A stretch of DNA of 41,134 nt from Oscillospiraceae bacterium. GTDB taxonomy: Bacteria > Bacillota > Clostridia > Oscillospirales > Oscillospiraceae. The stretch spans positions 1 through 41,134 of the forward strand of contig JAFXFT010000195.1 of the NCBI GenBank assembly GCA_017513385.1, given 5' to 3'. A model generated the notes under the pieces. It was not told where the DNA came from. It made no database searches and saw only the letters and a list, made by a program, of their open reading frames with translations. Shown here piece after piece: positions 7,241-16,006 of the stretch. The stretch's first letter is position 1, and every line of letters starts with the position of its first letter. A program made the translations under genes and the position numbers.

Positions 7241-7532
7241 GGTACATTTCCAGCATGACCTTTACCTTGGAACGCTTGTCGGTTGCCTTGCCGCACTCCC
7301 ATTCCCAGATGTGATTTGCCCAGCCGTGGTCATCCTCCGGGTGTTCTGCCAGCAGCGCATGAGCCATGCTGTGCAGCATATCCTCGTGTCCAAGCTCCTG
7401 CTTGGCAAGCTCTGCGTAGGTGTCTGCCAAAGCGCGGTTTTCATGCTTATAATGCAGCGCCATTCGGGCATATTCCTCCGCGTCCTCCAACTCCTCCGGG
7501 ATGTGCTCTAAAATCTCGTTGAACGCTTTCAT
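7233..7532 (-). CDS. hypothetical helical protein with a ferritin-like E...ExxH pattern
   Basis: The SD aaggggg lies upstream. The relevant segments are EELEDAEEYARMAL and AKQELGHEDMLH. Confidence 0.6.
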   Translation of the reverse strand: MKAFNEILEHIPEELEDAEEYARMALHYKHENRALADTYAELAKQELGHEDMLHSMAHALLAEHPEDDHGWANHIWEWECGKATDKRSKVKVMLEMYRK

Positions 7533-7544
7533 GTGTTCACCCCC

Positions 7545-7874
7545 TTAACCTTGCATATACTGCCATATCTTGTCTACATCGGCGTCGTGGAGCGTCAGAG
7601 AGCCAGCGCCGGGAATCTCAAAGCTGATGGGGCCTTTTGCGCTGTGGCGCTTCACCGCCTGGTATACCTTGCCCATGTTGATGTCGTCGCCGTCAAAGAC
7701 ACCGAGCATCTTTCCAAGCTCTGTCTGCTGCCAGCGCTTCATGTTCTCCGGCAGCGAAGCGATCAGCAGCGTGGACGCACCGCCGAACACCCATTTCCGC
7801 CAGCCGGGCATATTGTTGATGATCTCCTCGTCTATGTAACGGGCAAGCCCGGACTGCACTTTGTCAATCGTCAT
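7545..7874 (-). CDS. hypothetical protein (109 aa)
   Basis: The SD aggaggg lies 5 nt upstream of the ATG. Confidence 0.65.
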   Translation of the reverse strand: MTIDKVQSGLARYIDEEIINNMPGWRKWVFGGASTLLIASLPENMKRWQQTELGKMLGVFDGDDINMGKVYQAVKRHSAKGPISFEIPGAGSLTLHDADVDKIWQYMQG

Positions 7875-7897
7875 GGTATCCCTCCTGTGTCGTTATT

Positions 7898-7928
7898 CAG
7901 AAAAGGGGAGGGGAGACCCCTCCCCCCC
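7898..7928 (-). terminator. rho-independent terminator downstream of 7940..8398
   Basis: On the minus strand the stem is ggggagggg-tct-cccctcccc, followed by ttttctg. Confidence 0.75.
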
Positions 7929-7939
7929 CTTGCTGTGGA

Positions 7940-8398
7940 TCAGGTGCCGGCGGTGGGAGCCGTCCAGCTATTAAACTGGGGCATGGGCGCCGGGCAGATG
8001 CTGTCGATGGGCACCACGGTCTTGGTGAGAGCCATGAGAGTGGCGATGTTGCCCTGCATGCAGGAGATGTTGGCGGTCACCTGAGCGTTTACGACGGCCT
8101 GCTGGGAAAGCTGGGACTGGACGTAATCGAACTTGTGCTCCATGTAGTCGCGGAGCTTGCCGACCTCGCTCAGCGCGTAGAAGTTGGCGTCGCGGAGCTT
8201 CACTTCCGTTTCCAGTTCCGCGATACGGGCGCTCTGCCCGGCCTCGTACCGGTTAACGGCCATGTTCTCACTGCAGCCGCAGTTGCCGCCGCCCAAAAGC
8301 CCGCCAAAGAGACCGCTGTTGAGAGCGCCGAGGGAAGTGCCGATGATGCCGGTGGTGAGAGCAGCGTTGCCCTTGCCGAGGGATGCAAATTCAGCCAT
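7940..8398 (-). CDS. moron-like protein: Gly-zipper N-terminus plus coiled coil plus Cys-containing tail
   Basis: The SD aaaggagg lies upstream. The N-terminus is GIIGTSLGALNSGLFGGLLGGGNCGC, followed by heptad-like ARIAELETEVKLRD. Terminators flank the gene on both sides. Confidence 0.7.
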   Translation of the reverse strand: MAEFASLGKGNAALTTGIIGTSLGALNSGLFGGLLGGGNCGCSENMAVNRYEAGQSARIAELETEVKLRDANFYALSEVGKLRDYMEHKFDYVQSQLSQQAVVNAQVTANISCMQGNIATLMALTKTVVPIDSICPAPMPQFNSWTAPTAGT

Positions 8399-8450
8399 AG
8401 ATCATTCCTCCTTTTAATGTTTTTTTGCCTTATGGCTGAATCAATCGTAC

Positions 8451-8496
8451 AAAAAAATAAGACCGGGCCTGTCCAAGTCAAGGACAAGCCCGGTCT
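8451..8496 (-). terminator. strong rho-independent terminator after 8501..8698
   Basis: A 15-bp stem (agaccgggcctgtcc / ggacaagcccggtct, one mismatch) is followed by a T-run on the minus strand (tatttttttg). Confidence 0.85.
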
Positions 8497-8500
8497 AAAT

Positions 8501-8698
8501 TCAGTACATATTCTTTTGTCGTATGCTTTTCAGTGCGTTGTTGACTGTCCCCCGGCTTACATAGAGCTCCGCGGCTATATCTTCGATAGCCCAGCCCCGC
8601 CGGAAATAAAGGTCGAATACGGCGCGTTCCCGGTCGGTATACCATGGGTTTGCGTTCATGCTTTCCAGTTGGCTCACGGAATAATGAAATTTCGGCAT
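8501..8698 (-). CDS. small sigma-70 region-4 / LuxR-like HTH protein (65 aa)
   Basis: The HTH segment is TDRERAVFDLYFRRGWAIEDIAAELYVSRGTVNNALKSIRQK. Confidence 0.6.
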   Translation of the reverse strand: MPKFHYSVSQLESMNANPWYTDRERAVFDLYFRRGWAIEDIAAELYVSRGTVNNALKSIRQKNMY

Positions 8699-8731
8699 AG
8701 ACCCTCCCGGCCCATGCCTACCACCGCGTTG

Positions 8732-9436
8732 TCAGTTGATGAGCGCAGCCCACGTCATGGGGCCGCAAATGCCGTCCGCGTCAAGACCATGGTCGCGCTG
8801 AAAGGAGGTAAGCGCGGCATAGGTCTCGTCGCCGTATTCGCCGTCGGGGCCATATCGCGGCAGCCGCTTGCCCCACTTGTACTGCAAGAGGAGCTGCATA
8901 CTCAGCACCGCCCCGCTGATCATGCCGGGACTGAGCATCGGCGTTGTGTCGGTCACCGGCTCCTCGTAGGGACGGGCATTGCTCGTCCCCTCCCCCGCAT
9001 ACCGCAAAACACAATCCCATGGATAGTTATAATATCCCCGGATGTTGATCTCGCCGCCGGTCTGGTCGCCGCTTCTGCCGCCCTTGATGGTGCCAAGCTC
9101 GTTGATGCTGGCCTGTACGACTTTACCGCCGCCGATAAACATGGCCGTGTGATTCTTCTCGTGCAAAAGAACGTCCCCGGCCAGCAGCCCGGCACCGGTT
9201 TTAAGGTTTACCTGCTTGGTCACATCCCGAAAACCGGTTTGTGAAAATACATACTTCATGTTCCCGGTGTAGGTAGCGCCCTTGGTTTTGACGGGTACGC
9301 CTGCCTGTTCCCATGCGGAGATCAGCAGCGAGGAACAGTCATAGTCCGGCCCCCAGCGGCTTATCTGGTCATAGCCATGGGAGCTGTCAGCGGCAATACT
9401 GACAGCCCAATCCATGGCAGCTTGAATCTTGCTCAT
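8732..9436 (-). CDS. endolysin: NlpC/P60-Amidase_5-type cysteine peptidase plus C-terminal PG_binding_1 domain
   Basis: The catalytic region reads HGYDQISRWGPDYDCSSLLISAWEQAG ... GDVLL...HTAMFIG (Cys/His). The C-terminal part reads YGDETYAALTSFQRDHGLDADGICGPMTWAAL. Confidence 0.85.
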   Translation of the reverse strand: MSKIQAAMDWAVSIAADSSHGYDQISRWGPDYDCSSLLISAWEQAGVPVKTKGATYTGNMKYVFSQTGFRDVTKQVNLKTGAGLLAGDVLLHEKNHTAMFIGGGKVVQASINELGTIKGGRSGDQTGGEINIRGYYNYPWDCVLRYAGEGTSNARPYEEPVTDTTPMLSPGMISGAVLSMQLLLQYKWGKRLPRYGPDGEYGDETYAALTSFQRDHGLDADGICGPMTWAALIN

Positions 9437-9439
9437 GCG

Positions 9440-12400
9440 TTACCACCTCCAGTCGTTCAGTTGGGTCTTGTCTGCTTTGAAGAGGTTATACATCTCATTG
9501 GCATACTGTTCCGGCCAGCCCTGACTCATAAGGGCAGCCACGATTTTTTGCCGCACGTTGCCGAGAGACTTTCCGTTGGCGTCCCGGTCAGACTCAATAG
9601 TGGCGTAGGCTTCGTAGAACTCCGCGAACCGCTCTGCGCTGTAACCGCGCTCCCGGGCCATTCGGTATTTTTGCGGGTAGTTGCTCCCCGCATCGAAGAA
9701 CAGCGGGACGTACTCGTCTGCGTCCTCACCGGCAGCCTTGGCCACATACTTGACCCGCTGCCACACGGCCACGGATTCGTTGTCACCCCACGGCTGCAGC
9801 TTCTGCGCCGCGCTGTAAAGGCCGATGTACTTGGCAGGGTCTTTGGCCTCCAGCGCTTCGCGCACCCAACTGTCCGGTTTGTAATTGGGGTCTACTTCAA
9901 GCATGGCTTTCGCCTTGCCCACCGCGTAGATATTCTCGATGGCCTTGGCCTTCTCGTCGTTGCTCATGTTCTTATACTGAGCGCTGCCGATAAGCGCCTC
10001 AGCCAGTTCAAGACGGGTAGATCCCATGGTGCGGTTGAACTGCTCGTATTCCTCGGCGGTCAGGTGCCGTTTGCCGGTGCTGTTGCCCTCGGCGTCTCTT
10101 GTAGTGATCTCGTCGCTCTGGGCGAAGCGCTGCGGGAATACGCTGGTATAGCCGAGGTCATAGAGTCTCTGCAGCTCGCCGTCCGCCGCCGTGCTGCGGT
10201 CGGTGGAGACGTAAGAGGGATTGAGGAACTGATTGAAAAGGTTGCCATCGCCGTAATCCTGCGTTCTGCCCCAAGCGTCGATGTAGTCCACCTGATTGTA
10301 CTCGCCGGGGAGCTTGTTCATAAGAGTGCCCACGAACCGCTGACCCGTCGGGTCGAGAACACCGGCGTGCTCGTCGTTGTAGCGGTAGGTCTCCTCTCTG
10401 CCAGTCTCGGTGCTGCGCTCAATCTGACCAAAGAGCGTAGGAATGAACTGGCTGAGATAGCTCGTCGCCGCCGTAGAAACATAGGCCATAAGACCTGCGT
10501 CACCGTACTTGCCTGTCTCCAGCATATCCTGAACACCCGACAGCATGGACATCTCCACAATGGGGTCGGCAATGTCCAGCATGGAGTCAATGCTCTCACG
10601 GAGTGTGAGGCCCTTGTCCTGCATAGCGTCCATGATCTCAGCACCAACGAACAGAGACACCGCACCCGGAGCCAGCCAGTCGATGGTGTAGTTCCTGTCA
10701 CCGACGGTCAGAGCGTAGCTCTGCTGACCCTGCAGGGAGTCGAAACCTGCCTGCTTATCGTCCTCGTCCTCGCTTCCACTGAGGATGCCCTGAGAGCGGA
10801 GGAACGCGCCAAGCAGCATAACGCCCGTGCCGGTGAGACCTGCAGCAAGCGAGTCAATGGCCTCGGCGGCAGACTTCCCAGCCTTAACGTCGTTGTGCAT
10901 CTGAACGACACCCTTGATGATGCCCACGGGCGAGTAGTCGATGGCACGAGCCAGAACGTTGGCCGGGGTCTTCTTGAACGGAAGAACACCCTCCACAAAA
11001 AGATTCGCTGCCTTTGCGACACCGCTGCCGGTATCGTTGCTCTGGGCTGCCCTGCGCACGCCGGAAGTTATCTTGTTAAGTCCTTCACTCAGCCAGTTGG
11101 CATCGCGGTATGTGGCTTTGGCTGCTTCCTGAATGGCCACTTCACGCGCTCTGGCCACCTGCTCAGCGGTCATGGTGCCGTTGGTGAAGTCAGCAGCCGT
11201 GAAACCGTTGGCCTTGAGATACATGGCCAAAGCAGAAGAATAGACGGGCTTGGAGAACAGAGTGTCGCCCTTCTCCATAGCGGTACCCACGGCCTTGCGA
11301 TAGGCTTCCAACAGACGGTTATTGAAGATGGCACGCTCTTTATCCACCTCACTCATAATGTCATCGCGGTACTTGCCGCCCGACTGGATGGCATCCTCCA
11401 CGTTGGCGAAGTCCATACCAGCGACCTGCAGCAGAGCCCGGTCAGAAGCCGAGGCTCGGTTCAACACGGCCTTGGTGCGCTCCATTCCTTCGGGCAGGAA
11501 CTGTTCGCCTACCGTGGCCAAAGCGTTCTTCACAACCCGGAACGGCACAAAGCCAGCGTTACCCGCAATGTTCCGTACCTGAGTGCGGAAGTTGCCGAGC
11601 ATGGCAAGGTATCTCCACGCCTGCAGCTTCTCCTTCCACGTCGCTGGCATCTGAGACGCGATGTCCTTGGTGATATTGGTCATGGCCTCCTTGGCCGCAG
11701 CCTCGTCACCTTTCACCAGAGCGTCCCGATAGGCCTCCAGCATAGTGGAGTCAATCTCAAGGTTCGGTGCCTTTTGGCCGAACTTAGCCGCAAGGCCCTG
11801 CTGCATATTCTCGACGCTCTTCACCACCATGTACAAACGGCCCTCCGGGGAGAGCTTATTGATGATGGACACAGCCTGCAAAGCCTGTGCGGTGGTCTTG
11901 GCGTTCTCGATGAGAAGAGATGCAACGTTCATGGCCGCGATGGTCCCCTCCGGCTTCCCGGAGTTGACCGCGTGGTTATACAGCGTAACGCCCAGAGCAG
12001 TAATGGACTTGGAGGACTGACCGTTGCGGACTGCGCTTTCGTACTGCTTCATAGCCTCGTTCCAGCCAAGGCCGGTGATGGTCTTTTCTGCACCGGCCAC
12101 AGCCTCTGCGTCACTGTACGGGATGCGGGAGAACTTGCCCTCCGTAACGTCCTTCTGCAGCGCCGCCGCAAAGTCATTGGGTGTGATCTTCGCATTAGCC
12201 AGCGTGGAGGATGTCTTGGGCGTGAGCTGACCGTTGATGCCCTCGACGGGTACGTTCACCGGCCCGCGGCCGCGCTCGGCCTGAGTCTCCTGCTGCGCCT
12301 GTTCGTTGATAGGATGGAACGGCCCGGTAGGCTGCTGTTCCGCACCCAAAAGCGCGTCAACCATAGGGTTGCTCGGCTGCGCGGGGGCCTCCTTGACAAG

Positions 12401-14128
12401 CGGGCTGTTTTGTGGTAGGGTATCAACAACAGAGGTTGTTGCGATTTCCGGTTCGGCCGTAAACGCTGGGGCAGTAGCATCAGTGGAGCGCATCGCCTCT
12501 GGTTTATTTTGGGCCATGTATGCGGAAACGATGTACGTGGTCTTTTTCTTTGTGTCTGGTACTGCTTCAACCACATAATAAGTCCCGTTTACTGCCTTGC
12601 TGAATACAACGGTCTTTGCCGGGTGGTTTCGTCCTTTTTCGTCTGGGGAAACGTAAGAGGTGGTTGTGCCGCCGTCTACTATATCGTCGTAGTTATCCAG
12701 AACATATTGGATCCGCCCAAAGTCGTTTAGGTCTTTCATGCTCTGGTCGGCGTTTCCCTGCGGCCCGTGCCGGTCATAGATATGCTCAGCCATGCGCTGC
12801 TCAATAACCGTTTTATTACCGGTGGTGTCTACCCCGGTAATTCTTTTTATGTCAGCGGCTGCCCGTTTTGAAACAGGCTTGAGCTCATAGCGGCCCCGAT
12901 TAGTGCCACGGTTTGCAACAGACTGTTCCATGAACTCTACAAGCCCATCGTCTACGGAATTTTGGTATTCCTCAATGACACGCTGCTCCACGGGAGTATG
13001 CTGCGTCGGGTCGGTGTTTACGCTGGTGCTGTCCTCCTCAATAATAAGAGGAGACTTTTGCTCCTGCTTAGGTGCTTCGGCCTTCTGCTCCTGCTCGATG
13101 ATAAGCGGAGACTTCCAGCCAGGATACTCGCTAAGACCGCCGGTAGCCAAGTCGCCAGCTGCGCCAATGACAGCGCCCAACATAGCGGAGTACAGCGCTT
13201 CATTCCCAAGCCCTTTGCGCCCCTCGGCTGTGCCGTAACTTTCCTTTGCGGCTTTGCCCTCGTCATAGATGGCCTTGAGGAACGGACTGAGCGCCGCGGT
13301 CAGCGCCTCCTCGCCACCCTCGCCCGCTGCATTGGCAAGGCGCTGCAAAGCCCACTGTGCGGTTTCGTTGCCGCCCGCCCTTTTCACAAGCCCCTTTACG
13401 AGGTCGTCCGTCAGACTCTTGCCGTAAATCTTATCCAGACCACCTGTGAGCTTCTCAATGCCCGCTTCAACACCGGCGGAGGCGGCACCGTAGGCAAGGG
13501 CTTCATTGAGCGTAGCGCCATTTTGTTCGGCCTCGTAGGCACCCCCGCCGAAAGCGCCAGCAGCTGTGACGGCCATCGTAGGCAGCTTTGTCAAAGCGGA
13601 AATAGCGACATCCGTTGCGAGGCCGGAACCGCCTTCAATGGCCTGCAGAGCGAACTGTCCCACCTTGCCAGTGCCGTCATTGGCCCGCTGACTTACGGTT
13701 TCATATTCTTTCCGGGCTTCGTCCGCTTTGTTGTAAAGCCAGTCGAAGGGGGTTTTATCTTCGTTGGCACGACCACTGGCGGCTCCAACCCTCTCCGCAA
13801 GCTTACCAGCAGCTTCAAACAGGTTAGCTTCTTTGTCGAGCATACCGAGCTGCAGAGCGTCCATGGTTTTGGCCGTTCCGGTCTCCAGCGTATTGCGGAC
13901 ACGCTCATACCATGGTGTATTGTTGCCGGTGGCCTTGTCCAGTTCCGGGGTCCGCACGGGCTTATAAGATGGGACGCTATTGGGCAGCAACGTTAGCTCG
14001 CTGTCATAGTTCTTTGCTTTGCCGGCGGAGCCGTTGGATGCTCCGCCCTGTTTCTGCATATAGCTGGGCTTTACACGGTTGCCTGCAACCGCTTTTTCGT
14101 CCAGAACCAAAAGATTTTTAGAGGCCAT
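9440..14128 (-). CDS. 1562-aa virion internal / ejection-type polyvalent protein with an embedded nuclease-like module
   Basis: It is the largest ORF and is translationally packed between tail genes and the endolysin. It has a Gly/Ala-rich N-terminal third, a module with AEHIYDRHG...TYYVVEAVPDTKKKTTYIVSAYM, and a long helical C-terminal part. Confidence 0.6.
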   Translation of the reverse strand: MASKNLLVLDEKAVAGNRVKPSYMQKQGGASNGSAGKAKNYDSELTLLPNSVPSYKPVRTPELDKATGNNTPWYERVRNTLETGTAKTMDALQLGMLDKEANLFEAAGKLAERVGAASGRANEDKTPFDWLYNKADEARKEYETVSQRANDGTGKVGQFALQAIEGGSGLATDVAISALTKLPTMAVTAAGAFGGGAYEAEQNGATLNEALAYGAASAGVEAGIEKLTGGLDKIYGKSLTDDLVKGLVKRAGGNETAQWALQRLANAAGEGGEEALTAALSPFLKAIYDEGKAAKESYGTAEGRKGLGNEALYSAMLGAVIGAAGDLATGGLSEYPGWKSPLIIEQEQKAEAPKQEQKSPLIIEEDSTSVNTDPTQHTPVEQRVIEEYQNSVDDGLVEFMEQSVANRGTNRGRYELKPVSKRAAADIKRITGVDTTGNKTVIEQRMAEHIYDRHGPQGNADQSMKDLNDFGRIQYVLDNYDDIVDGGTTTSYVSPDEKGRNHPAKTVVFSKAVNGTYYVVEAVPDTKKKTTYIVSAYMAQNKPEAMRSTDATAPAFTAEPEIATTSVVDTLPQNSPLVKEAPAQPSNPMVDALLGAEQQPTGPFHPINEQAQQETQAERGRGPVNVPVEGINGQLTPKTSSTLANAKITPNDFAAALQKDVTEGKFSRIPYSDAEAVAGAEKTITGLGWNEAMKQYESAVRNGQSSKSITALGVTLYNHAVNSGKPEGTIAAMNVASLLIENAKTTAQALQAVSIINKLSPEGRLYMVVKSVENMQQGLAAKFGQKAPNLEIDSTMLEAYRDALVKGDEAAAKEAMTNITKDIASQMPATWKEKLQAWRYLAMLGNFRTQVRNIAGNAGFVPFRVVKNALATVGEQFLPEGMERTKAVLNRASASDRALLQVAGMDFANVEDAIQSGGKYRDDIMSEVDKERAIFNNRLLEAYRKAVGTAMEKGDTLFSKPVYSSALAMYLKANGFTAADFTNGTMTAEQVARAREVAIQEAAKATYRDANWLSEGLNKITSGVRRAAQSNDTGSGVAKAANLFVEGVLPFKKTPANVLARAIDYSPVGIIKGVVQMHNDVKAGKSAAEAIDSLAAGLTGTGVMLLGAFLRSQGILSGSEDEDDKQAGFDSLQGQQSYALTVGDRNYTIDWLAPGAVSLFVGAEIMDAMQDKGLTLRESIDSMLDIADPIVEMSMLSGVQDMLETGKYGDAGLMAYVSTAATSYLSQFIPTLFGQIERSTETGREETYRYNDEHAGVLDPTGQRFVGTLMNKLPGEYNQVDYIDAWGRTQDYGDGNLFNQFLNPSYVSTDRSTAADGELQRLYDLGYTSVFPQRFAQSDEITTRDAEGNSTGKRHLTAEEYEQFNRTMGSTRLELAEALIGSAQYKNMSNDEKAKAIENIYAVGKAKAMLEVDPNYKPDSWVREALEAKDPAKYIGLYSAAQKLQPWGDNESVAVWQRVKYVAKAAGEDADEYVPLFFDAGSNYPQKYRMARERGYSAERFAEFYEAYATIESDRDANGKSLGNVRQKIVAALMSQGWPEQYANEMYNLFKADKTQLNDWRW

Positions 14129-14142
14129 GGGCTACCCCCTTA

Positions 14143-14964
14143 TCAGCCGTATTTCGCCTGCCATGCCCGGAAATTCTCCGTGGCCTGATTGGCCGCCGTA
14201 GTGACCATGGATTCATCCACGCGGATGGCCTCATTGTAGAGGGCAAGCGCCCGGTCTGCCTCATTGGCGGCAATGGCATCGGCAATGGCTTTCTGATACT
14301 GCGCTGCAAGGTCGGCTCTCTTCGCCTCCACGTCAGCAAGGGCTTCACTCTCTGCCTGACGTATGGCGGAAATGCTGCTCACAAGGGCGTTATTCTGCGC
14401 CAGAGCCGCCTGAGAACCCGCGCCGGTATTCATGCCAGCCGCCGCCGCTCTTTCGTTGAACGCGGCCTGAGCCACCGCAGACTGAGCCGCAGCGGCATTG
14501 GCCGCCTGCTGGTACTGAGGCGCGATGGTTGCGGACTGCCTGTCCAGCGTGGCCACGTTGGCATCATACGCCGTCTCCAGCGCAGCCTTGCGTCTCTGCT
14601 CGTTGGCGTCATACATAGCGTTGATGTAGTCGGCCTGAGACGTGGCCGCGCGAAGCGTCGCAGCCTTGTAGGCGTTGGAGCCGCCGGAGCTTGCTCTATA
14701 ACTGCCGTCGCCTGCGGCAGGGTCTCCTATTGTAGGATCAGCAGGGAAACCGCCGGTGTTCGTCACATTCACCGTTCCGCTGTTCGTGGTGGTTTCCTGT
14801 AGGCTGGGGACGCGCTCGGCATAGGCTGCCCGCAGGGCTGCGCCCATTTCCTGCGCGTTTTTCTGTGCCGTTTCCGCCGCGGAAAGCGGGGAAGCGTTGG
14901 GCGCAGCAACGGTGCCGGTGCCCGTGGTGGTTGTGCGTGAGTGGAATTTATCTGTAGCTGCCAT
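14143..14964 (-). CDS. Ala/Gln-rich coiled-coil virion (internal) protein
   Basis: Assigned by position between the receptor-binding protein and the giant protein, and by low-complexity AQ-rich helices. Confidence 0.5.
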   Translation of the reverse strand: MAATDKFHSRTTTTGTGTVAAPNASPLSAAETAQKNAQEMGAALRAAYAERVPSLQETTTNSGTVNVTNTGGFPADPTIGDPAAGDGSYRASSGGSNAYKAATLRAATSQADYINAMYDANEQRRKAALETAYDANVATLDRQSATIAPQYQQAANAAAAQSAVAQAAFNERAAAAGMNTGAGSQAALAQNNALVSSISAIRQAESEALADVEAKRADLAAQYQKAIADAIAANEADRALALYNEAIRVDESMVTTAANQATENFRAWQAKYG

Positions 14965-14967
14965 ATC

Positions 14968-16005
14968 TTAACTCATCTCCTCCCATGAAGTTCCGTTATC
15001 AACATACGGGGCGTACTGCTCCCAGCTGCTACCATTATCGATCCACACTTGATACGGTTCAAAACCCGTACCGCTGTCGATGAACGCCAGACCCAGCGCC
15101 GCCCACACAGCGTAGAGCGTGACAGCCGCAGAGGCTGTATAACTCGCTCCCGGTGCATAGGCCGCCTCTTCCGCGGATGCGCTGGCCGCAAAGCCCAGAA
15201 GCTCATACCCGGCTCTCTGGCATTCCTCTGCCGTAGGCAGCGTGACAGCACCCTTGGTGGTCTCCGCGCTGTACTGGGCATAGAGCGTGGCGGAGGCATT
15301 AGCGGTATAGGAGCCGCCGGACGCATAGCTGGTGCCGCCGCCATTTGCTGCTGTGTTCCACGAGCTGAACGTGTAAGCCGTGGTGTCCGTTGCCGTCTCT
15401 TCGCCCTTGGCCGTAGTGCCGCCGTTGGCATTAAACGTCACCTTGCTGCCTGTCGCCGTGGTAGAGGCCTTGGTAGGCTTCATGGCCGAGAGCGTCAGAG
15501 CAACGCCGTGGGTCTTGGTCTGAGCACCCGGAGCACCACTGCCGCCGTTGGCGTTGTAGCTGACGGTGTACGTAGCCACCGCAGACGAGCAGGAAAAGCC
15601 GCTGTCATACAGAAGTGCGGCGGCATTATAGTTGTTGTACGTTGTTGCTATCCACAGATCGTACGTTGAGCCAGCCGAAAAGGTTTGGTTCAAAGTAATG
15701 GCAGCTTTGTTGCCGGAAAAACTGAACGCAGTGCCGCCCGTAACCCAATCTATGCCGGGATGGCTGGAAGCCGGTGACAATCTGTAATAGAAAGTGCCGG
15801 TCGCCGTGTCGGCGCTGAGCGTAATTGCCACTTTGCTCAGAGGCACTGACGGTTTAAAACTAATGCAAATATTGTAGTTTAATTGACTTTGCAGATAGCC
15901 GATACGCCAACCGCTGTCGAGTGACGCCCGCGATGTGCCGCGATACTGGTAAAGCGTGGCGCTCGACATATTGGCAAACGACAGCGCCATCTCAGATCTC
16001 GCCAT
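14968..16005 (-). CDS. receptor-binding / tail fibre protein with Listeria-Bacteroides (InlB B-type) repeats
   Basis: YTVSYNANGGSGAPG..., VTFNANGGTT..., FSSWNTAANGGGTSYASGGSYTANASATLYAQY and LLGFA...YAPGASYTASAAVTLYAVW match the Flg_new / InlB B-repeat pattern. Confidence 0.65.
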   Translation of the reverse strand: MARSEMALSFANMSSATLYQYRGTSRASLDSGWRIGYLQSQLNYNICISFKPSVPLSKVAITLSADTATGTFYYRLSPASSHPGIDWVTGGTAFSFSGNKAAITLNQTFSAGSTYDLWIATTYNNYNAAALLYDSGFSCSSAVATYTVSYNANGGSGAPGAQTKTHGVALTLSAMKPTKASTTATGSKVTFNANGGTTAKGEETATDTTAYTFSSWNTAANGGGTSYASGGSYTANASATLYAQYSAETTKGAVTLPTAEECQRAGYELLGFAASASAEEAAYAPGASYTASAAVTLYAVWAALGLAFIDSGTGFEPYQVWIDNGSSWEQYAPYVDNGTSWEEMS

Positions 16006-16006
16006 A

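Noticed and set aside
9377-12418. Very long + strand ORF (1013 aa) antisense to the 1562-aa gene. Similar antisense ORFs lie at 8135..9244, 12962..13996, 20756..22075, 21798..22805, 23100..24557 and 24734..25849.
   Set aside because: All lie opposite strongly supported late genes in GC-rich sequence, where the antisense frame lacks stop codons. Their translations are low-complexity (G/V/L/R/H-rich), and they have no SD sites and no coupling to neighbours.
9440-14128. Reading the 1562-aa protein as a tape-measure protein.
   Set aside because: No major tail, tail-tube or chaperone-frameshift genes precede it. It is the last structural gene before the endolysin, and the gene order matches podovirus internal/ejection proteins. 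This remains uncertain without a profile search.
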